From NCBI GenBank assembly GCA_028826165.1, contig JAPDFW010000147.1:186001-250000 (forward strand): a stretch of DNA of 64,000 nucleotides, given 5' to 3'. The translations under genes were made by a program, and so were the position numbers. This document shows positions 24,036-35,558 of the stretch, piece by piece. The notes beneath the pieces were generated by a model. The model was given only the letters and a program-made list of their open reading frames with translations. It was not told where the DNA came from and did no database searches. Position 1 is the stretch's first letter; every line of letters begins with the position of its first letter. The DNA comes from Anaeramoeba ignava BMAN (Eukaryota; Protista; Anaeramoebae).

Positions 24036-27000
24036 ATGGATATTTGGCAAATAATCGAAAACAAAGAAATTGAGATCTTGAAACAAATTGAGTCCATTTC
24101 AAAAAATAATTCACAAAAAAGAAATACACCAATTTTGAATTTTGCAATAGAAAAAAACAATTCAATAGAGATGATTAAATTACTCATTTCAAAAGGTGTT
24201 GACCCAAATTCAGTTGATCAAAAAGGAAGAAATTCATTGCATATTGCAATTATGAATAAATCTGGAGTTGATACATTTAAATTCCTGATTGAAAATGGTG
24301 TTTCTGTGAAATCAAAGGATTATAAACGCCACACAATTCTTGAATACACAATCAAATATTTGAAGAAAGATTTTACGGTTGATTTCCTCAAATATTTGAT
24401 TGAAAAAGGAATTAGTATATATACAAAAAAACCTGATAACTCAACATTATTGCATTATGCTTGTAAATACAATTCAATTGAAGTGATTGAATATTTGATT
24501 TCAAAAGGACTTGATATTAATGCTTTGACAGATGGAAAAGAAAATGTTTTGCATTTTGCTTGCCAAAAAAATTCGATTGGAGTGATTGAATACTTGATTT
24601 CAAAGGGACTTGATATCAAAACTAAAAGCGATTGGAATCAAACATCTTTGCATTATGCTTGTGAGAAGAATTCACTTGAAATGATTGAATATTTGATTTC
24701 AAAAGGACTTGATATTAAAGCTCAAACAAACCATAATCAAACATCTTTGCATTATGCTTGTCAGAATAATTCACTTGAAGTGATTGAATATTTGATTTCA
24801 AAGGGACTTGATATTAATGCTCAAACAAATCAAAATGAAACAACTTTGCATTATGCTTGTCATAATAATTCACTTGAAGTTGTTAGATGTCTTGTTGAAA
24901 AAGGAATTGATATTAAATCTGTGACAAAGCAAAACCAAACCATTTTACATTATGCCTCTCAGAGGAATTCACTTGAGGTTATCAAATATCTTGTTGAAAA
25001 AGGAGTGGATATTTTTGAGCAAACAAAATATCACAACCAAACAGCTTTGCATATGGCTTGCAAATTCAATTCTTTAGATGTTATCGAGTATCTCGTTTCA
25101 AAAGGGCTTAATATCAAAGACACAACGGAAATACAACAGACAACTTTGCATTTGGCTTGCCAATTCAATTCTTTCGAAGTTATCAAATTTCTGGTTAAAA
25201 ATGGGGTTGATGCTAACGCAGTAGCCTATTCAAACAAAACAGCTTTACATTATGCCTGTCGAGATCATTCGCTTAAAGTGATTAAGTATCTAATTAAAAA
25301 AGGAGCAGATATCAAAATAGACACAAGTCAAAATGAAACAGTTCTACATTCTGCTTGTGAAAGTAATACGCTTGATGTGATTAAGTATCTAATTGAAAAA
25401 GGAGCAGATATCAAAGCTAAAACAAACCAAAATGAAACAATGCTGCATTACGCATGCCAATCAAATTCACTTGAAGTTATTGAATATTTGATTTCAAATG
25501 GAATTGATATTAATGCGAAAACAGACAGAGATGAAACAGCTATTCATTTAGCATTCTGGAATAATTCGGTTGAGGTTATCCAGTATTTAATTTCCAAAGG
25601 CGCAGATATATTCGCAAAAACAAATGAAAATGAAACAGTTTTGCATCTTGCTTGTCATTACAACACATTTGAAATTATTACATATCTAATTGAAAAAGGA
25701 AATGTAGATGTAGACGCAAAAACAGACAGAAATGAAACACCCTTGCATTTTGCTTGCCAAAATAATTCACTTAAAATTGTCAAGTACTTGATTGAAAAAG
25801 GAAAGGCAAAAATCAATGAAAAAACAATCCAAAACAAGACAGCTCTTCATTTCGCTTCCAGGCATAGCTCATTTGAAGTTGTTCAATATCTCGTTTCCAA
25901 AGGCGCAGATATAAATGCAAAAACAGATCGAGATGAAACAATTCTTCATTCAGCCTTTTGGAATAGCTCTTTTGAAATTGTTAAATATCTCATTGAAAAC
26001 GGTGCAGATATTAATGCCAAAAAAGATCAGAATGAAACAGTTTTGCATTTAGCTTGTTGGAATAATTCCTTCGAAATTGTCAAATATTTGGTTGAGAAAG
26101 GAACTTTAGATATAAATGCAAAAACAAATCAAAGTGAAACAGCTTTACATTTTGCTTGTCATTATAGCACTTTTGAAATTGTCAAATATTTGATTGAGAA
26201 AGGCAATGCTGATATCAAAGCAAAAACAGATCAAAATCAAACACCTCTTCATTTAGCTTGTTGGCATAACTCGTTTGAGGTTGTCAAATATTTGATTGAG
26301 AAAGGTGTAGAAGTTAATGAAAAAACCAATTTAAATGAAACAGCTCTTCATTTAGCTTGTTGTGATAATTCATTTGAAATTGTCAAATATTTGGTTGAGA
26401 AAGGCAATGCTGACATCAACGCAAAAACAAATATAAACCAAACAATTCTTCATTTAGCTTGCCAATATAATTCATTTGAAGTTGTCAGATACTTGATTGA
26501 AAAACAAAATTTGGACATCAACGCAAAAACAAATAAAAATGAAACACCTCTTCATTTGGCTTGTCAATATAATTCATTTGAAGTTGTCAGATACTTGATT
26601 GAAAAAGGAAGTGATATTAATGCAGAAACAAATAGAAACGAAACAGCTCTTTCATTATCAATCGAAAAAAACAAGAAAAATTTCATCAAATTATTGTTGA
26701 TGAACGACGCAAATTTTTATGATTTGAAAAAAGAAGATTGCACAAATGAATTTTTTGATATGTTTTCTCGAATTTATTCAATTAACCAAGATTTGAGTAA
26801 CTTATTCAAATCAAATGAATTTTCTGATTTTCAGATCCAATCAAATGATTCTTTCAAATTTAATGTTCATAAATTGATTCTATTAACAAGATTTGATAAC
26901 GATGGATCAATTTTATCCAAATTTGTGAATGTTTGTAATCAAACATGCAAAGAAAATGTCCAATCTATTTTAAATTTTCTTTACACAGGATTCTTTGATT

Positions 27001-27527
27001 TTGAAAAAATTTATGGTGATTTTAAATTAAATCATGAATCAAACCAAAAGAAATGGAACAGAAAAATATTTTTGGAACCAAATCAAGAAGTAATTCAAGA
27101 ATATCAAAAATTGGAAAAATTTTTCAATGAAATTGGATTAGATTTAAATTGGATTGAATCAAAAAAGGGAAGAAAAGGAATAATAAAAGATTTTTCAAAA
27201 TTATATCAACAAAATGAGACCAAAGATTTTACAATAATAATTGAAGAAAAAGAAATTAAAATTCATAAATTAATATTAATAATAAGAAGTGAATTATTCA
27301 AAGGAATGTTTCAATTAAATGTTAATGATTCAACAAATCAAGTTCATGATTATTCAAGAAAAGCATTTGAAACAATAAATCAATTAATTTATTTCTTTTA
27401 TAATGATAAATTTAATGAAGGAGAAGAAATAACAAAAGAAATTAAAGAAGAATTTCAAGATATCAAAGATTATTATCAATTAAATCAAAATTCCATAATT
27501 GATTTACTTTTAAAAGATTTAAAATAA
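24036..27527 (+). CDS. Ankyrin-repeat (~26 repeats) + tandem BTB protein
   Basis: ATG at 24036 (MDIWQ). 33-34 aa repeats TxLHxACxxNSxEVxKYLIxKGxDIxA; BTB motifs SDFQIQS..FNVHKLILLTR and KDFTIII..IKIHKLILIIRSELFKGMF. Confidence 0.9.
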   Translation: MDIWQIIENKEIEILKQIESISKNNSQKRNTPILNFAIEKNNSIEMIKLLISKGVDPNSVDQKGRNSLHIAIMNKSGVDTFKFLIENGVSVKSKDYKRHTILEYTIKYLKKDFTVDFLKYLIEKGISIYTKKPDNSTLLHYACKYNSIEVIEYLISKGLDINALTDGKENVLHFACQKNSIGVIEYLISKGLDIKTKSDWNQTSLHYACEKNSLEMIEYLISKGLDIKAQTNHNQTSLHYACQNNSLEVIEYLISKGLDINAQTNQNETTLHYACHNNSLEVVRCLVEKGIDIKSVTKQNQTILHYASQRNSLEVIKYLVEKGVDIFEQTKYHNQTALHMACKFNSLDVIEYLVSKGLNIKDTTEIQQTTLHLACQFNSFEVIKFLVKNGVDANAVAYSNKTALHYACRDHSLKVIKYLIKKGADIKIDTSQNETVLHSACESNTLDVIKYLIEKGADIKAKTNQNETMLHYACQSNSLEVIEYLISNGIDINAKTDRDETAIHLAFWNNSVEVIQYLISKGADIFAKTNENETVLHLACHYNTFEIITYLIEKGNVDVDAKTDRNETPLHFACQNNSLKIVKYLIEKGKAKINEKTIQNKTALHFASRHSSFEVVQYLVSKGADINAKTDRDETILHSAFWNSSFEIVKYLIENGADINAKKDQNETVLHLACWNNSFEIVKYLVEKGTLDINAKTNQSETALHFACHYSTFEIVKYLIEKGNADIKAKTDQNQTPLHLACWHNSFEVVKYLIEKGVEVNEKTNLNETALHLACCDNSFEIVKYLVEKGNADINAKTNINQTILHLACQYNSFEVVRYLIEKQNLDINAKTNKNETPLHLACQYNSFEVVRYLIEKGSDINAETNRNETALSLSIEKNKKNFIKLLLMNDANFYDLKKEDCTNEFFDMFSRIYSINQDLSNLFKSNEFSDFQIQSNDSFKFNVHKLILLTRFDNDGSILSKFVNVCNQTCKENVQSILNFLYTGFFDFEKIYGDFKLNHESNQKKWNRKIFLEPNQEVIQEYQKLEKFFNEIGLDLNWIESKKGRKGIIKDFSKLYQQNETKDFTIIIEEKEIKIHKLILIIRSELFKGMFQLNVNDSTNQVHDYSRKAFETINQLIYFFYNDKFNEGEEITKEIKEEFQDIKDYYQLNQNSIIDLLLKDLK

Positions 27528-27979
27528 TTCAATAAAACATGAATTTCCATATTTCAAAACTAAAAAGGATTTAACAACAATTTAAAAAACAATTTAAAAA
27601 CAATTTAAAAAACAATTCCAAATTTTTTCCTTTAAATAATCAAATAATGAAATAATGAAATAATTAAATAATCAAATAATTAAATAATTAAATAATTAAA
27701 TGATGAAATAATCAAATAATCAAATAATCAAAAATAATTTTTCTTCTTTTTCTTTTTTTTGGATTAATTTTAAGAAAATTTAAATAAAAAATAATTTTAA
27801 TTTTTCAATATTAAATCTTTTAAATTTCCTCAAATAAATAAAATAATAAATAAAGGAAAAATAAATTTTTATTTAAATTATTTCTTATTCCAAATTTTTT
27901 TTTCCTCTTTTTTTTTAATTTTTTTTATTTTCATTTTTATTTTCAAAACAATGTTTAATAAAATGTTTTTTAATTTAAT

Positions 27980-29303
27980 TCAAAAATCGTTATAAATGTA
28001 TTGTTGTTGGAGATTTTGATTCAAAAAAAGTAGAAATGTTAATTACTTATACAAGAAATAAATATCCAGAACAATATGTTCCATCAGTTTTTGATCGTTA
28101 TGTTTCAGATCCGAAGGGGAAACATATCAATTATCTTTATGGAGATGATTATAATCGAATTAGACCTTTAGATTATCCAAAATACATGTTGTTTTAATTT
28201 GTTTTTCTATTGCAAGAAATCAAAAATCATTTGAAAATGTTAAAAAAAATTTGAAGATGAAATTAAAAATTTATATCTCCAAAAGTTCCCAGAAAAGAAA
28301 TTCTTGTTGAACTCAATTCGAATTAAAAATTAGAAAAAAAAGAAGTTTATCTAACTTATCAAAAAGGATTGAAATGGCTAAAAATTTAATGCTTCAAAAA
28401 AATAGAATTGAATGTTCAAACAAGAACAAACAAGAGAAAATTTAAAAAAGTTTTCAAGAATCAAAAAAAAAGAATTTGAGTATGCCGATAAAGGATTATA
28501 AACAATTCAAAAAAAAAAGAAAAAGCAAAATTAAAACAAAAACAAAAAGAAGAACAAAAGAAGAAAAAAGAGGAACAAAAACAAAAAAAAGAAGAATTGA
28601 AGAGAAAAAAAGAAGAAGAGAAATTGAAGAAAAAAAATTTGGATAAATCAATTCCAAAAGTGGAAAATCCAAAAAATCAAGAAAAAGAAAAAGAAAAAGA
28701 AAAAGAAAAAGAAAAAGAAAAAGAAAAAGAAATTATCAAAACAAAATGTGTTGTTTTTGGAGATGAAAATTCTAAAAATGAATTAATATTTGAATTAATT
28801 GGAAAAGAAATATCAAAAGGAAATGAAATTATAAAACCTTTTGGAACTTATCAAAAACAATATATATTTGAAGGAAAAGAAATTGAAATAATATTTCAAA
28901 TACACCTGATAAAATAGATTATGATGGAATTAAACATACATATTATTCTGAAGCAAATTTTTTTTTAATTTGTTTTTCAATAATTTCACTTTCTTCTTTT
29001 GAAAATGTTAAATCAAAATTTATTCCTGAAATTAAACAAAATTTCCCAAATATTCCAATTATTCTTATTGGAAATGAATTTGAAAAAAGAAATAATTCAA
29101 TAATAATTGAAGAATTAAAACAAAATAATTTAGAACCAATTACATATGAAAAAGGAATAAGAACAGCAAAAAAAAGTAAAATGTTAAAATATGTGGAATG
29201 TTCTTTTGAAACTAAAAAGAATTTAACAACAATTTTAGAAACAGTTTCAAGATTAAGTCTTAAATCAAACAATCAAACAGAAAAATCAAATAATCAAAAA
29301 TAA
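27980..29303 (+). pseudogene. Two-domain atypical Rho gene (Rho - K/E-rich linker - divergent Rho-like domain); first domain heavily disrupted
   Basis: YKCIVVGDFDSKKVEMLITY..YPEQYVPSVFD followed by multiple indels. The second domain (KCVVFGDENSKNE..FLICFSI..FENVKSKFIPEI..IILIGNEFEKR..YVECSFE) has one 1-nt deletion near 28900 and a stop at 29301-29303. Confidence 0.7.
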
Positions 29304-30380
29304 TTAAATAATCAAATAATCAAATAATTAAATAATTAAATAATCAAATAATCAAATAATTAAATAATCAAATAATTAAATAATCAAATAATCAAAAATA
29401 ATTAAATAATCAAATAATCAAATAATCAAATAATCAAATAATAAAATAATTAAATAATTAAATAATTAAATAATTAAATAATCAAATAATTAAATAATCA
29501 AATAATCAAATAATTAAATAATGAAATAATTAAATAATTAAATAATCAAATAATTAAAAATAATTAAAAATCAAATAATCAAATAATCAAATAATTCAAA
29601 TAAAAATAAATAATCAAATAATGAAAAATAATTAAATAATTAAAAATAATCAAATAATCAAAATTAAATAATAAATAATTAAATAATTAAATAATTAAAT
29701 AATTAAATAATTAAATAATTAAATAATAAATAATCAAATAATCAAATAATCAAATAATTAAATAATCAAATAATAAATAATTAAATAATTAAATAATTAA
29801 AAATAATTAAATAATTAAATAATCAAATAATAAATAAAATTAAATAATCAAATAATCAAATAATGAAATAATCAAATAATTAAATAATTAAATAATCAAA
29901 TAATTAAATAATTAAATAATCAAATAATCAAATAATTAAATAATCAAATAATAAATAATTAAATAATTAAATAATTAAATAATCAAATAATGAAATAATC
30001 AAATGATGAAATAATCAAATAATTAAATAATCAAATAATCAAATAATTAAATAATCAAATAATCAAATAATCAAATAATTAAATAATTAAATAATTAAAT
30101 AATCCCAAATAATCAAATAATCAAATAAATTAAATAATTAAATAATTAAAAATAAATAATTAAATAATTAAATAATCAAATAATCAAATAATCAAATAAT
30201 TAAATAATCAAATAATCAAATAATCAAATAATGAAATAATGAAATAATCAAATAATTAAATAATTAAATAATTAAATAATCAAATAATTAAATAATTAAA
30301 TGATGAAATAATTAAATAATGAAATAATTAAATAATTAAATAATTAAATAATCAAATGATGAAATAATCAAATAATTAAA
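29304..30380 (+). repeat. Octamer satellite (AAATAATY)n
   Basis: AAATAATC/AAATAATT/AAATAATG units; the same repeat occurs at ~27635-27735 and ~36855-37090. Confidence 0.9.
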
Positions 30381-30497
30381 TAGTTTCTCAAATAATTTCT
30401 TAAATGATCAAAATAAAAAAGCAAAAAAATTTTTCAATTTTTAATTTTCAATTTTTTAATTTTCATTTTTTTCGTTTTTTTAAATCCAAAAATAAAA

Positions 30498-31178
30498 ATG
30501 AAATCAGTTAAATGTGTTGCTGTTGGAAATGTTGAATCCAAAAAAACGGAAATGTTATATACTTACACAACACAACAATGGCAAAAACATTTCGATCCAA
30601 CTTTTCATAATTATTCATGCAATTACCAACTAGATGGAGATTATATAGGTTTAAGTTTATGGGATACAGCAGGTCAAGAAGATTATGATAGACTGAGACC
30701 TTTATCTTATCCAAATACAAATATTTTTTTGATATGTTTTTCTATTGCTAATCAAAAATCATTTGAAAGTATTAAAAATAAATGGATTCCTGAACTTAAA
30801 GAACATGCTCCAAATGTTCCATTTATTCTTGTTGGAACTCAATTAGAAAAAAGAGACAATCCAAAAACAATTAATAAATTAAAAGAAAAAGGTTTATCTC
30901 CAATTACTTATCAGCAAGGATTTGAACTAGCAAAAGAAATTAATTCTTTTAAATATTTAGAATGTTCTGCAAGAAATAAGGTTAATATTAATGAAGTTAT
31001 TGAAGAAGCAGTTAGAGCTGCTCAAAATCAAACAATGTCGAAAAAACAATTGAAGAAAAAAGAAAGAGAACAATTAAAGAAAAAACAAAAAGAAGAGAAA
31101 TTGAAAAAAAAAGAAGAATTGAAGAAAAAAAAAGAGGAAGAAAAGAAAAAAAAGCAAGAAGAGAAGAAAAAAAAATAA
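30498..31178 (+). CDS. Atypical Rho-family GTPase with a polybasic tail and no CAAX
   Basis: LWDTAGQEDYDRLRPLSYP, Rho insert, YLECSAR. The P-loop reads GNVESKKT and G4 reads TQLE. Confidence 0.9.
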   Translation: MKSVKCVAVGNVESKKTEMLYTYTTQQWQKHFDPTFHNYSCNYQLDGDYIGLSLWDTAGQEDYDRLRPLSYPNTNIFLICFSIANQKSFESIKNKWIPELKEHAPNVPFILVGTQLEKRDNPKTINKLKEKGLSPITYQQGFELAKEINSFKYLECSARNKVNINEVIEEAVRAAQNQTMSKKQLKKKEREQLKKKQKEEKLKKKEELKKKKEEEKKKKQEEKKKK

Positions 31179-31185
31179 GAAAAGA

Positions 31186-32215
31186 AACTGAAATCAAAAT
31201 CAAAATCAAAATCAATATCAAAACCAAAATCAAAATCAAAATCAAAATCAAAATCAAAATCAAAATCAAAATCAAAATCAAAATCAAAATCAAAATCAAA
31301 ATCAAAATCAAAATTGAAATTGAAATTGAGATGGTTAAACTACTCCTTTTAAAATTAAAATCATGATTAAAATTAAAATCAAAATCAAAATCAAAATCAA
31401 AATCAAAATCAAAATCAAAATCAAAATCAAAATCAAAATCAAAATCAAAATCAAAATCAAAATCAAAATCAAAATCAAAATCAAAATCGAAAAAATCAAA
31501 ATCAAAATCAAAATCCAAAATTGAAATCAAAATCAAAATCAAAATCCAAAATCAAAATCAAAATCAAAATCAAAATCAAAATCAAAATCAAAATCAAAAT
31601 CAAAATCAAAATCAAAATTGAAATTGAAATCAAAATTAAAATCAAAATCAAAATCAAAATCAAAATCAAAATCAAAATCAAAATCAAAATCAAAATCAAA
31701 ATCAAAATCAAAATCAAAATCAAAATCAAAATCAAAATCAAAATCAAAATCAAAATCAAAATCAAAATCAAAATCAAAATCAAAATCAAAATTAAAATCC
31801 AAATTCAAATCAAAATCAAAATCAAATTCAAAATCAAAATCAAAATTGAAATTGAAATTGAGATGGTTAAACTACTCCTTTTAAAATTAAAATTATGATT
31901 AAAATTAAAATCAAAATCAAAATCAAAATCAAAATCAAAATCAAAATTAAAATCCAAAATCAAAATCAAAATCAAAATCAAAATCAAAATCAAAATCAAA
32001 ATCAAAATCAAAATCAAATTCAAAATCAAAATTAAAATCAAAATCAAAATCAAAATTGAAATCAAAATTGAAATCAAAATTAAAATCAAAATCAAAATCA
32101 AAATCAAATTCAAAATTGAAATTGAAATTGAGATGGTTAAACTACTCCTTTTAAAATTGAAATCAAAATCAAAATGAAAATCAAAATCAAAATGAAAATC
32201 AAAACCAAAATCAAA
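31186..32215 (+). repeat. (AAAATC)n microsatellite containing three copies of a GAGATGGTTAAACTACTCCTTTT cassette
   Basis: Cassette copies at 31328-31350, 31860-31882 and 32130-32152. Confidence 0.9.
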
Positions 32216-32299
32216 AATTCCAAATTTAAAAAAAATAAAAAATTTTGCTTTTTTTTATTTTTCATTTTTCATTTTTCATTTTTTAAAAAAAAAAAGAAA

Positions 32300-34857
32300 A
32301 TGTCAGAAGAAACAAAGAAACAAGTTAAACTAATTATTGTTGGAGATCAAGAATCAAAAAAAACTGAAATGATAATGACTTATGCAAATGGTCAATATCC
32401 AACAGATTATGTTCCAACAGTTTTTGATAATTACGTAAAGAATTTATTTGTTGATGGAAATGAATTTGAATTAAGTTTATGGGATACAGCAGGACAAGAA
32501 GATTATGATATGCTTAGACCTTTAGCTTATCCTGGAACAAATGTTGTTTTAATTTGTTTTTCTATTGATAACAAAAATTCATTTGAAAATGTTAAAAACA
32601 AATGGATTCCTGAAATCAATCAATATCTTCCAAATGTTCCATTTATTCTTGTTGGAACTCAAAGTGAATTAAGAGATGATTTCCAAACTATTAATAAATT
32701 ATCACAAAAAGGATTATCTCCAATTAGTTATCAACAAGGATTTGGTTTATCAATAGAAGTTAAAGCTACTAAGTATATTGAATGTTCTGCTAGAAATCAA
32801 GTTAATATAAATGAAGTTTTTGAAGAAGCAGTTAGAGCTGTTAATTATTCTTCAGAATTTGATACTACAGAAAATTATTCTGAACAACAAAACCCATTTG
32901 ATGTTGGATTTGAAAAACCATTTGATATTGGATTTGAAAAACCATTACAAACCAATGAGACAGCATATCAAGAAGAAACAAAGAAACAAGTTAAACTAAT
33001 TATTGTTGGAGATCAAGAATCAAAAAAAACCGAAATGATAATGACTTATGCAAATGGTCAATATCCAACAGATTATGTTCCAACAGTTTTTGATAATTAT
33101 ATAAAGAATTTATTTATTGATGGAAATGAATTTGAATTAGGCTTATGGGATACAGCAGGACAAGATGATTACGATATGCTTAGACCTTTAGCTTATCCTG
33201 GAACAAATGTTGTTTTGATTTGTTTTTCTATTGATAACAAAAATTCATTTGAAAATGTTAAAAACAAATGGGTTCCTGAAATCAATCAATATCTTCCAAA
33301 TGTTCCATTTATTCTTGTTGGAACTCAAAGTGAATTAAGAGATGATTTCCAAACTATCAATAAATTATCACAAAAAGGATTATCTCCAATTAGTTATCAA
33401 CAAGGATTTGGTTTATCAATGGAAGTTAAAGCTACTAAGTATATTGAATGTTCTGCTAGAAATCAAGTTAATATTAATGAAGTTTTTGAAGAAGCAGTTA
33501 GAGCTGTTAATTATTCTTCAGAATTTGATACTACAGAAAATTATTCTGAACAACAAAAACCCATTTGATTTTGGATTTGAAAAACCATTTGATGTTGGAT
33601 TTGAAAAACCATTACAAACCAATGAAACAGCATATCAAGAAGAAACAAAGAAACAAGTTAAATTAGTTATTGTTGGAGATCAAGAATCAAAAAAAACTGA
33701 AATGATAATGACTTATGCAAATGGTCAATATCCAACAGATTATGTTCCAACAATTTTTGATAATTATATAAAGAATTTATTTGTTGATGGAAAGTGAATT
33801 TGAATTAGACTTATGGGATACAGCACCTCAAGAAGATTATGATATGACTTAGACCTTTAACTTATCCTGGAACAAATGTTGTTTTGATTTGTTTTTCTAT
33901 TGATAACAAAGAATCATTTGAAAATGTTAAAAACAAATGGATTCCTGAAATTCAACATCACTGTACAAATGTTCCTTTTATTCTTGTTGGAACTCAAAGT
34001 GAATTAAGAGATGATTTCCAAACTATCAATAAATTATCACAAAAAGGATTATCTCCAATTAGTTATCAACAAGGATTTGGTTTATCAATAGAAGTTAAAG
34101 CTACTAAATATATTGAATGTTCTGCTAGAAATCAAGTTAATATAAATGAAGTTTTTGAAGAAGCAGTTAGAGCTGTTAATTATTCTTCAGAATTTGATAC
34201 TACAGAAAATTATTCTGAACAACAAAAACCATTTGATGTTGTGGATTTGAAAAACCATTTGATATTGGATTTGAAAAACCATTACAAATCAATGAAACAG
34301 CATATCAAGAAGAAACAAAGAAATCAATTAAATGTGTTTTTGTTGGAGATCAAGAATCAAAAAAAACCGAAATGATAATGACTTATGCAAATGGTCAATA
34401 TCCAACAGATTATGTTCCAACAGTTTTTGACAATTACGTAAAGAATTTATTTGTTGATGGAAATGAATTTGAATTAGGTTTATGGGATACAGCACCTCAA
34501 GAAGATTATGATAGACTTAGACCTTTATCTTATCCAAATACAAATGTTGTTTTAATTTGTTTTTCTATTGTTAATCAAAAATCATTTGAAAATGTTAAAA
34601 ACAAATGGGTTCCTGAAATCAATCAATATCTTCCAAATGTTCCATTTATTCTTGTTGGAACTCAAAGTGAATTAAGAGATGATTTCCAAACTATTAATAA
34701 ATTATCACAAAAAGGATTATCTCCAATTAGTTATCAACAAGGATTTGGTTTATCAATAGAAGTTAAAGCTACTAAATATATTGAATGTTCTGCTAGAAAT
34801 CAAATCAATTTAAATGAAGTTTTTGAAGAAGCAGTTAGAGTTGGTTCTTTTTATTAA
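32300..34857 (+). CDS. Protein with four tandem Rho-like domains (~850 aa if 5 inserted bases are errors)
   Basis: 666-bp unit with starts at 32306, 32972, 33639 and 34309. Units 1-2 are in one open frame. Relative to unit 1 there are extra bases near 33560 (+1), 33794 (+1), 33847 (+1) and 34241 (+2). Each domain has GDQESKKT, YVPT(V/I)FDNY, WDTA(G/P)Q, GTQSELR and ECSAR. Confidence 0.8.
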
Positions 34858-34994
34858 AACTTTTAAAACATTCTTTCTTTTTCTTTCATCATTTTCTTTT
34901 CATCATTTTCTTTTTCTTTTTCTTTTTCTTTCATCATTTTCTTTCATCATTTTCTTTAATTCAAAAAAAGAATAAAAAATCAAAAATCCATTTT

Positions 34995-35303
34995 TTTCTT
35001 TTTGAAAATGTTAAATTAAAATTTATTCCTGAAATTAAACAAAATTTCCCAAATATTCCAATTATTCTTATTGGAAATGAATTTGAAAAAAGAAATAATT
35101 CAATAATAATTGAAGAATTAAAACAAAATAATTTAGAACCAATTACATTTGAAAAAGGAATAAGAACAGCAAAAAAAAGTAAAATGTTAAAATATTTGGA
35201 ATGTTCTTTTGAAACTAAAAAGAATCTAACAACAATTTTAGAAACAGTTTCAAGATTAAGTTTTAAATCAAACAATCAAACAGAAAAATCAAATAATCAA
35301 AAA
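34995..35303 (+). pseudogene. Orphan 3' fragment of the divergent second Rho-like domain (duplicate of ~28995-29303)
   Basis: Near-identical to 28995-29300 but preceded by unrelated sequence. Confidence 0.75.
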
Positions 35304-35558
35304 TAATTTTTCTTCTTTTTCTTTTTCTTCTTCTTTTTTTTGGATTAATTTTAAGAAAATTTAAATAAAAAATAATTTTAATTTTTAATATTAAATCTTT
35401 TAAATTTCCTCAAATAAATAAAATAATAAAGGAAAAATAAATTTTTAATTAAATTATTTCTTATTCCAAATTTTTTTTTCCTCTTTTTTAATTTTTTTTT
35501 TTTCATTTTTTTATTTTCAAAACAAAATTAATAAAAAGAAAATATCAATTTAATTCCA

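Noticed and set aside
29304-30380. Interstitial telomeric repeat or a binary code in the AAATAATC/AAATAATT variants
   Set aside because: There is no G-rich strand or telomere-like unit, and the variant order looks like ordinary slippage with no periodicity visible by eye.
31328-32152. CRISPR-like array (identical repeats with spacers)
   Set aside because: The spacers are hundreds of bp of microsatellite with unequal lengths, there are no cas genes, and the context is eukaryotic.
28943-35275. Minus-strand ORFs 28943-29272 and 34961-35275 as a duplicated small protein
   Set aside because: They are antisense shadows of the + strand Rho-like second domain.
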